This document shows, piece by piece, positions 57,196 to 64,000 of a stretch of 64,000 bases of DNA. Position 1 is the first letter of the stretch; the number at the start of each line of letters is the position of its first letter. A model generated the notes under the pieces. The model was not told the origin of the DNA and did not search any database. It saw only the letters and a list, made by a program, of their open reading frames with translations. Position numbers and translations under genes: made by a program. The DNA is taken from positions 288,001-352,000 of the forward strand of contig OY771555.1 of the NCBI GenBank assembly GCA_963674785.1. Reading direction: 5' to 3'. The stretch comes from Caldisericia bacterium (GTDB lineage Bacteria > Caldisericota > Caldisericia > JAAYUI01).

Positions 57196-58424
57196 AGAAA
57201 AAAGCAGATTTAATCGTAACAGACATCTCTGAGCTTGTAACAGTTTCTGGAAATACCCCAAAAACAGGCAAAGACTTGTCAGACATTGGGCTCATCGAAA
57301 ATGGTGCATTTGCTGTTTCTGATGGAAAATTTGTTGCTGTTGGAAAAGCTGAAAAGATTCTTTCAGAGTATGAATCTGAAAATGTGATTTCAGCTGGTGA
57401 AAATGCCGTACTTCCAGGGTTTGTCGACCCGCACACCCATGCTGTTTTTGGCGGGGACAGATCAAAAGAATATGAGATGAGACTTTCTGGTGCAACATAT
57501 GAAGAAATCATGGAAGCAGGTGGAGGAATCCTTTCGAGTGTCAAAATGACACGTGAGGCATCTGAGGAAGAGCTGAATACCACGGCAAAAAAACGCCTCA
57601 AAAACATGATTTCACATGGCACCACAACAGTTGAGATAAAATCTGGGTATGGGCTAGATACACAAACTGAAAAAAAGATGTTGAAAGTGGCAAGAGAGGT
57701 TGCTACTGAACTTGGCATAAACTTCAAAACAACATTCCTCGGCGCACATTCAGTACCTGCTGGAGCCGACAGGAATGAATACATCAAACTGCTCAAGGGT
57801 GAGATGTTGGAGGCTTGCAGGCAACACTCTGATTACATTGATATTTTCTGTGACAAGGGAGTATTCACAAACGAGGAAACTAAGGAAATCGTGAAGGATG
57901 CAGGGCTTCCCGTCAGGCTTCATGTTGATGAGCTCGCTGACACTAGTGGTGCAAAGCTTGCGGCAGAGCTTGGCGCACATTCAGCAGACCATCTGATAGC
58001 GGCAAATGATGAAGGATTTGAGGCACTGGCAGAAGCTGGAACTGTGGCGACATTTTTACCCGGAACATCTTTTTATCTTGGTAAACCTTTTGCAAGAGCA
58101 AGGTCAGCAATTGAAAAGGGTTGCATTGTTGCACTTGCAACCGACAGAAACCCCGGCTCATGCACAGTTGAATCGATGCAATTTGTAATTGGGCTTGCTT
58201 GCAAATTTTTGAAGCTCACGCCAAAAGAAGCGATTGTTGCAGCAACTCTCAATGCAGCGTATTCACTCAGACTTCACAATATAACAGGTTCAATTGATGT
58301 CGGCAAGCAGGCAGATTTTATTGTTCTGGATAATCCCACATATAGGATTATACCGTATGAAATGACTCAAAATCACGTATCAAACGTGTTTATAGCTGGC
58401 AAGGAGATGACATGGGACAAATAG
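57192..58424 (+). CDS. hutI: Imidazolonepropionase
   Basis: PGFVDPHTH, GTTTVEIKSGYGL, LHVDEL, SADHL, ALATDRNPG. Confidence 0.95.
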   Translation: MKKKADLIVTDISELVTVSGNTPKTGKDLSDIGLIENGAFAVSDGKFVAVGKAEKILSEYESENVISAGENAVLPGFVDPHTHAVFGGDRSKEYEMRLSGATYEEIMEAGGGILSSVKMTREASEEELNTTAKKRLKNMISHGTTTVEIKSGYGLDTQTEKKMLKVAREVATELGINFKTTFLGAHSVPAGADRNEYIKLLKGEMLEACRQHSDYIDIFCDKGVFTNEETKEIVKDAGLPVRLHVDELADTSGAKLAAELGAHSADHLIAANDEGFEALAEAGTVATFLPGTSFYLGKPFARARSAIEKGCIVALATDRNPGSCTVESMQFVIGLACKFLKLTPKEAIVAATLNAAYSLRLHNITGSIDVGKQADFIVLDNPTYRIIPYEMTQNHVSNVFIAGKEMTWDK

Positions 58425-59938
58425 TAGAATGCGTACCGAACTTTTCAAACGGAAGAGACAAAGACGTTGTTGATAAAATTGCAAGACATGCAAAAGAGAC
58501 AAAGGGTGTAACACTGCTTGATGTCCAGATGGATGCAGACCACAACAGATGTGTCATCACTTTTGCTGGTGAACCAGAGGCAGCAGCAGATGCAGCATTT
58601 AAAATGTGCAAAGAAGCATCAGAACTGATTGACATGAACAAGCATTCTGGCGAACATCCAAGACTTGGTGCGACAGATGTTATTCCGTTTGTTCCAGTTT
58701 CAGAAATCACAGTTGATGAGTGCAACGCTCTTTCTGAAAGACTCGCAAACAGAATCTGGGATGAACTCAAGATTCCAAGCTACCTTTATGAAGAAACCGC
58801 AAGAACCCCTGATAGAGTCGACCTTGCCGTCATCCGTCGTGGTGAGTATGAAAAAATTAAAGAAGAGATGGGCAAGGTTCCAGAACGTGACCCAGATGTT
58901 GGTGAACCAAAGATGCACCCAACTGCTGGAACTGTAGTCATTGGTTGCCGAATGCCACTTGTTGCTTTCAATGTAAACCTTGGCACAATGAATGTTTCAA
59001 TTGCCAAGAAAATTGCAGGAATGTTGAGAAGCCGTTCAGGTGGATTTGCATACTGCAAAGCAATGGGATTCACAATTGAAGAACGCGGATATACCCAGGT
59101 TTCAATGAACCTCACAAACTATAAACGCACCTCAATCAGAAAAGTCTATGACATGATCAGATCTGAAGCCATGAGACTTGGTGTACTTCCAATTGGTGCA
59201 GAAATTGTTGGGCTTCTTCCACTTGATGCAATTCTTAGTGTCGCTAAGGGGCATCTTAATCTCTGGGATTTTGATAAAAAACAGATTCTTGACCTCAGAG
59301 TCGCAGGTGGCGGGGATGATAGCTGGGTACCAACTTCATTTGTAAAACAGGTCAGTAAAAAAGTTGCAGCCCCCGGTGGCGGTTCGGTTTCCGCTGGAAT
59401 TGGTTCACTTGCAGCAGCTCTTGCATCAATGGTTGCAAAGCTTTCACAGTCAAAAAGATTTGCAGATGTCAAAGAAGAGATGGCAGAAATCGCAGTTGAA
59501 GGCGACAAGTTTGCCGATGAACTTCTCATACTTGTCGAAGAAGATACCGATGCATTCAATGGTTTCATGAGCGCAATGAAGCTTCCCGATGGTGATGAGA
59601 AAGCCAAGGCTTTCAAAGAGCAGAGCATGCAGGAAGCAACTATTTATGCAACTGAAGTTCCACTTAAGACCATGAAGGCAACAGCAGCAGCCCTTCCACT
59701 CATAAGAGCAGTTGCCGAAAAAGGCAACCAGAACTCCGTCTCCGATGCTGGAGTCGCAGCACTTTCAGTTATCACAGCGGTCAAAGGTGCAAACCTCAAT
59801 GTGTTAATCAATGTGGGTGGAATTGAAGACAAAGCAAAAGCAGAGCAACTCAAAACTGATGCTAAAAAAATAATGGATACTGCAATCCCTGAAGCAGAAG
59901 CAATTTATACAATGATTGAAAAGAAGCTTGCTGAATAA
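58412..59938 (+). CDS. ftcD: Bifunctional glutamate formiminotransferase / formiminotetrahydrofolate cyclodeaminase
   Basis: ECVPNFSNGR, DHNRCV, HPRLGATDVIPF; cyclodeaminase half APGGGSVSA, EDTDAF, NSVSDAGVA. Confidence 0.95.
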   Translation: MGQIVECVPNFSNGRDKDVVDKIARHAKETKGVTLLDVQMDADHNRCVITFAGEPEAAADAAFKMCKEASELIDMNKHSGEHPRLGATDVIPFVPVSEITVDECNALSERLANRIWDELKIPSYLYEETARTPDRVDLAVIRRGEYEKIKEEMGKVPERDPDVGEPKMHPTAGTVVIGCRMPLVAFNVNLGTMNVSIAKKIAGMLRSRSGGFAYCKAMGFTIEERGYTQVSMNLTNYKRTSIRKVYDMIRSEAMRLGVLPIGAEIVGLLPLDAILSVAKGHLNLWDFDKKQILDLRVAGGGDDSWVPTSFVKQVSKKVAAPGGGSVSAGIGSLAAALASMVAKLSQSKRFADVKEEMAEIAVEGDKFADELLILVEEDTDAFNGFMSAMKLPDGDEKAKAFKEQSMQEATIYATEVPLKTMKATAAALPLIRAVAEKGNQNSVSDAGVAALSVITAVKGANLNVLINVGGIEDKAKAEQLKTDAKKIMDTAIPEAEAIYTMIEKKLAE

Positions 59939-59959
59939 TTATTTCTATAAACTAAATCT

Positions 59960-59991
59960 AAAAAGGCGACCTTTAAAAGGTCGCCTTTTTT
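59960..59991 (+). terminator. Rho-independent terminator after ftcD
   Basis: aaaaaggcgacctt-taa-aaggtcgcctttttt. Confidence 0.9.
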
Positions 59992-59998
59992 ATGTTTA

Positions 59999-60023
59999 AG
60001 ATCCGCATCAAGTTTGGGATGAC
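59999..60023 (-). repeat. Degenerate family-A REP
   Basis: agatccgcatcaagtttgggatgac, related to 23597-23621. Confidence 0.65.
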
Positions 60024-60109
60024 ATGGCAAGAATATCCAGAATGGTTCTGACATGTACAGTCTTTTAAGATTCCCGCTTTAATTATATAATCATCTGCTG
60101 GAGGGAAAG

Positions 60110-61252
60110 ATGAAAAAAAAGGTTTTAGTAAACTCACTGGCAATTGCTATTATTCTTATCTTTGTAGCTGGATTTGTAGGATATTATATTGGAAAAAACT
60201 CTAAAAATCTTGATGATGTATGTGATTATAACAATATTAGGCTTTATCGTGAGATGAGAACACCTTTCTTTGATGGATACTGGCAAAATTACTCGACCTA
60301 TCCAACATCTTACAAAGCCTTATATGATCAAAACCTAGCTGATGCCCTAAATAAGGCAAGGGAAGATAGGCCAGGTATTATTGACCTCATCAATACCGAC
60401 AAAGAAAACCAATTCAACCACCCCGGATTTGAAGCATTTATGCAGAAGCTTCAAGAGTTTTCAGACAAAAATTACTCAAAAGCTCAAAAAATGTTCCCAA
60501 ATCCTGAGCACGTTTTCAATGATTTTACGGGTGTATACGACATGTCTGGAGTAAGTTTCCCATATATAAGATCAGATGTATTTGCATATTGCAGTGCGAT
60601 TGCACACGAAGTTGCACAAAACCCTAAAAACCAAATTTCAATTGAAAGAAATGGTTTTTTACGTAACCCTGTTTCAAACGACTACAACAGCTCAATAAAT
60701 CACGCTTTTTGGTCAGTATATTTCTTAAAAAGAAACACTCTCCAAATATCCTTAAAACCCTTTGATGTTGCGGATGAAGAAATTAATATGCTTGACAGAC
60801 CTGTGTCGTTAGATGATTTCTTTAAGTCACAGATTGTGACAATGAGGAAAATTGATAGTTATACTGGCTACCAAAATGAATACAGAAGAAAACCAATAAG
60901 CAGATATCTTACAGATTGGATTATCTTGTCCTTGAACGAGATTCAAAACCATAACTTCCCTATTTACGAAACAGAAGACAGTTTTTATCAAACAGGTATG
61001 ATGTCTGCCTATTACAGTTTTCTAGTAAACAAGCATAGCGCAGATTCACCTGTGAAAATCGGTCACCTCTACTTAGCTTGTTATGATTATTTGAATGATA
61101 TTGATCGATTGCCAAATACAACAAATATCATGGAGAGAATAAAAGAATGCCGGGGGATTGAATTCTTATTGAATCCCATTTTTGATGTTGAAATCGATTT
61201 TGAAGACTTAAAAGCATGGGCAAAAAAGAACTGCAAGGGTTTTAAGTTCTGA
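60110..61252 (+). CDS. Membrane-anchored hypothetical protein
   Basis: GGAGG RBS; N-terminal TM helix; long open frame. Confidence 0.75.
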   Translation: MKKKVLVNSLAIAIILIFVAGFVGYYIGKNSKNLDDVCDYNNIRLYREMRTPFFDGYWQNYSTYPTSYKALYDQNLADALNKAREDRPGIIDLINTDKENQFNHPGFEAFMQKLQEFSDKNYSKAQKMFPNPEHVFNDFTGVYDMSGVSFPYIRSDVFAYCSAIAHEVAQNPKNQISIERNGFLRNPVSNDYNSSINHAFWSVYFLKRNTLQISLKPFDVADEEINMLDRPVSLDDFFKSQIVTMRKIDSYTGYQNEYRRKPISRYLTDWIILSLNEIQNHNFPIYETEDSFYQTGMMSAYYSFLVNKHSADSPVKIGHLYLACYDYLNDIDRLPNTTNIMERIKECRGIEFLLNPIFDVEIDFEDLKAWAKKNCKGFKF

Positions 61253-61254
61253 TT

Positions 61255-63324
61255 CTATTCAGCAACCCCAACCTTCACCTGAACATCAGTTGACCAGCTA
61301 TCCCAGGAAGCCTTTATTTTTCCGGAATACGAGTATCCCGGTTTCAACATTTCTTTTCGGATTTCTACCATGAAAAATTCTTCGGAGTTTCCAGGAATCA
61401 GAATTTCTTCAATCGGCAGATGAATCCATGGGGAGGTGGAAGAAAGCCTCACATCCACTTGCTGACCACAAGTGTTTTGAATTGCGGCACACATATGGAT
61501 GCATTCATCATCAATCCCAACTTTTCCAAAATCCAAAATATCATCTACAAACACAATCACATCACTTTTAGAATCATCGATTATCTCAATATTAGCAGAG
61601 CCTATAAGGTTTGCAAAACTGAAAATCACCTCACCTTTTGCCCCAGGAGTATCTGACGCTGTAAACTCTCCAGGTGGTGAAATCTCCCCGATTTCAGGAT
61701 TTGAAACTGACCAGTTTCGAGGTATCCCGATAATCCCAACTCCATTCCTATCAAGTATCTTTGCCATAAACTTCACCGATTCACCAGGCTTCAATTTCAC
61801 ATTTTGTGGTTCGACTTCAATTTCTTTTGCAAAAACAATTGTCACCTGAGCAAATGCAGTTTTACCCTCACATTCAGCTTTTATCGTGCATTTAGATTCA
61901 TTTCCGCTAGGTGTGAATAATCCTTCAGATGATATTGTTCCAGCTTCTTGAGGGTCTACTGACCATGTGACAGTCTTTTCTGTGATTGTTTTGAATTTGT
62001 ATGTTTGGTCAAAATTAATGATTACAGATGAAGGGGAGACTGTTAATCCACTACCCGATGTCCCCGAATTATCTCCCAAACAAATAATCTCCATTTTAAT
62101 AACAGATTGTACACCATAAAACAGTTTGTTATTTGAGGTTATCATCTTTTTCGGAGACTTCTTTTCCATGTCAAATTCCTTGAATAAAATACCAGTTCTC
62201 AAATCGAAACATTTTATATAAGTTTCCGAAATTACGTTTGAATCAAACGTATAGAAGACACTTTCAGTGGAGCAAACGTTATAGAAGGTCTTTTTATTCT
62301 GAATTTTCCATAACTGCTCCCTGCTGGCGATATCAAACCCAAACAGATACTCATTGTTTGCAAGAATTGCTATTCCTGAAGGTGATATGGAACACAGTTG
62401 CCAAATATCGTTTGGTACATCAATTGACCAAAGAAGTTCACCTTTTATTGGGTCAACACAATTGAATTTTGAATCTCCAGAAATCTCATCATCTGACTTT
62501 GCTGAAATAGAGTATAATTTGTCCTCATAAATCATTGGAATATTGCAAAATCCATAACCATCTTTGGCATCAAGAGACCATTCTTCTTCAAAAGTTGTAA
62601 GGTTGATCGCACTGATGGTTCTGGGGGTATAATAATTTTGCCATTTCCCGCTTTCTACACTGTTGATAAGACAATCATTGTAAAACAAACAAGGGATACT
62701 ATGACCTTTGATCTCACTATCGAAAAGGATTTCTCCATCATCCAATGCCAAAATCTTCATCTTCCAATCTTCTCCAGCATAATCGCTGGACATATAACCC
62801 AAATAAAAGACAACTTTGTCTTCATTGATACTTATGCCCGGAAAAGACGATACATATCTATCGCTCAATTTAGATTCCCACAAAATCTGCCCCGTTGAAA
62901 GCTCGAAACATATTACTTTCACACTGTCAGACATATCATCACTTACTGTTGCGACACATTTATCATTAGTAAGGGAGATGTTTTTAAAGGTATATCCTTC
63001 ATTTTTCCACACAACCAATCCATCAATCGAATTCAGGCAAACTATTTCTTTGGCGTTTTTATGTACAAAAAATCCATTTGACTCATAAAAATCACCAATC
63101 CCCCCTTTAGATTCAACTTTCCACAGTCTTTTCATTGCCAAATAGTTCGGAGCACAATCATTTGACACAGAGAATGTATGATGAATATTTGCTCCGAAAC
63201 CTGACCAGTTGCAATCAGAGTTTGATACATCTGATGCACTGGTTGAGTGTTGGATTCCAGCACCCAAAACATCAAAGGAAAAAATTAGTAACAAACATAA
63301 AACAAATAAGAAATATTTCTTCAT
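61255..63324 (-). CDS. Secreted PQQ-like beta-propeller protein with Ig-like and BACON-like domains
   Basis: Repeated CxxxxxGxxLW blades; TWSVDP...GTISSEGLF and WSVSNPEIGEIS Ig repeats; SSTSPWI. Confidence 0.85.
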   Translation of the reverse strand: MKKYFLFVLCLLLIFSFDVLGAGIQHSTSASDVSNSDCNWSGFGANIHHTFSVSNDCAPNYLAMKRLWKVESKGGIGDFYESNGFFVHKNAKEIVCLNSIDGLVVWKNEGYTFKNISLTNDKCVATVSDDMSDSVKVICFELSTGQILWESKLSDRYVSSFPGISINEDKVVFYLGYMSSDYAGEDWKMKILALDDGEILFDSEIKGHSIPCLFYNDCLINSVESGKWQNYYTPRTISAINLTTFEEEWSLDAKDGYGFCNIPMIYEDKLYSISAKSDDEISGDSKFNCVDPIKGELLWSIDVPNDIWQLCSISPSGIAILANNEYLFGFDIASREQLWKIQNKKTFYNVCSTESVFYTFDSNVISETYIKCFDLRTGILFKEFDMEKKSPKKMITSNNKLFYGVQSVIKMEIICLGDNSGTSGSGLTVSPSSVIINFDQTYKFKTITEKTVTWSVDPQEAGTISSEGLFTPSGNESKCTIKAECEGKTAFAQVTIVFAKEIEVEPQNVKLKPGESVKFMAKILDRNGVGIIGIPRNWSVSNPEIGEISPPGEFTASDTPGAKGEVIFSFANLIGSANIEIIDDSKSDVIVFVDDILDFGKVGIDDECIHMCAAIQNTCGQQVDVRLSSTSPWIHLPIEEILIPGNSEEFFMVEIRKEMLKPGYSYSGKIKASWDSWSTDVQVKVGVAE

Positions 63325-64000
63325 GGAAGTTCATACCCCATATTCTGGTAAATCTCAGGCAAGTAGTTTGGATTTGTGATTTTTAAGCTCTGCAAAATCC
63401 TCATAATTTGATACTCTTCTCTCTCTGTGCAAAACTCTGTATATATCTTTATCACCCATCCATCCATCGGAATATAATAAATAATCTTATAGTATTGCGA
63501 TTTCATCCTCACTCTATCTGACGAAATATATGCAAGAATATTACCAATCATGATTCTTTTGTATGAAGTGTCTGTTTTTATGTCATTTTTATCCCATGTT
63601 GGGAGGATGACAATTTTTGCAGAATCAGCATAAAGCGTCACTTTTTCAGCCCTGTTTTTGTATCCACATTCTTTAATATCTCTAGCTTTTGGTGTGTTGA
63701 TCACCGATACCGAAAAATACTTTGACTCAAAATTTCCGACTGGTTCAGGGAAATCTGATGATGACTTTTCCATATCAAAAGCAAAGACTGGTTCATCAGT
63801 TATGGTTATCAGATCCTCAATATTATCAAATCTTCTTCCAAGCATCTCGTCCCAGTGTGATTTTTCTCGGGTTTTTTTCAGACCAATTGCTTCCGTTTCG
63901 AGCTTTTCAAATGCATCATAATATGAGTCTTTTACTCGAAGAGTAGAGATGATATTCCTCAAAACCGCGAGGTTTTTGTTGTCAGGACCTCCGTATCCCT
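63321..64000 (-). CDS. Hypothetical protein, 5' end outside the window (partial)
   Basis: The frame of ORF 63321..63962 stays open to the window edge (...GYGGPDNKNLAVLRNII...); ATGA overlap with the downstream gene. Confidence 0.7.
   Translation of the reverse strand, partial: GYGGPDNKNLAVLRNIISTLRVKDSYYDAFEKLETEAIGLKKTREKSHWDEMLGRRFDNIEDLITITDEPVFAFDMEKSSSDFPEPVGNFESKYFSVSVINTPKARDIKECGYKNRAEKVTLYADSAKIVILPTWDKNDIKTDTSYKRIMIGNILAYISSDRVRMKSQYYKIIYYIPMDGWVIKIYTEFCTEREEYQIMRILQSLKITNPNYLPEIYQNMGYELP

Noticed and set aside
57182-59853. Long antisense ORFs (57182..57796, 59146..59628) and similar short overlapping ORFs across the window
   Set aside because: They shadow well-supported genes on the opposite strand or another frame and have no RBS or motifs.

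Overview
Low-GC bacterial chromosomal window. The many secreted copper-amine-oxidase-N (stalk), PEGA, cohesin, DUF11 and PQQ-propeller proteins resemble Caldisericia-like anaerobes (inference only). Housekeeping genes: a lipoate ligase-DUF116 fusion, tRNA-Ser(GGA), miaA, metK, rsmI, sbcD/sbcC, mscS, hutI and a bifunctional ftcD. Accessory blocks: surface proteins (0-8.7 kb), a single-chain Type IIG/ISP-like restriction-modification gene plus small cargo (8.8-15 kb), tandem paralogues (16-21.7 kb) and a regulator/detoxification-type island (23.4-36.3 kb). Two signals stand out. (1) Several families of short palindromic (REP-like) elements are tied to small endonuclease genes rather than to a RAYT transposase. 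A GIY-YIG gene sits between inverted hairpins with compensatory changes, and more than ten empty relatives are dispersed in the window. A DUF559 endonuclease bracketed by a second hairpin family is inserted in frame in the R-M gene. A third hairpin family forms a separate 111-bp in-frame insert in that gene. A fourth family is nested twice at the same loop position of the first. (2) Diverged duplicates of the 3' ends of the R-M gene and of sbcC each bracket about 1.9 kb of cargo, and the tRNA-Ser 3' half is also duplicated, with no integrase in the window. All product calls come from motif recognition by eye; no database search was run.
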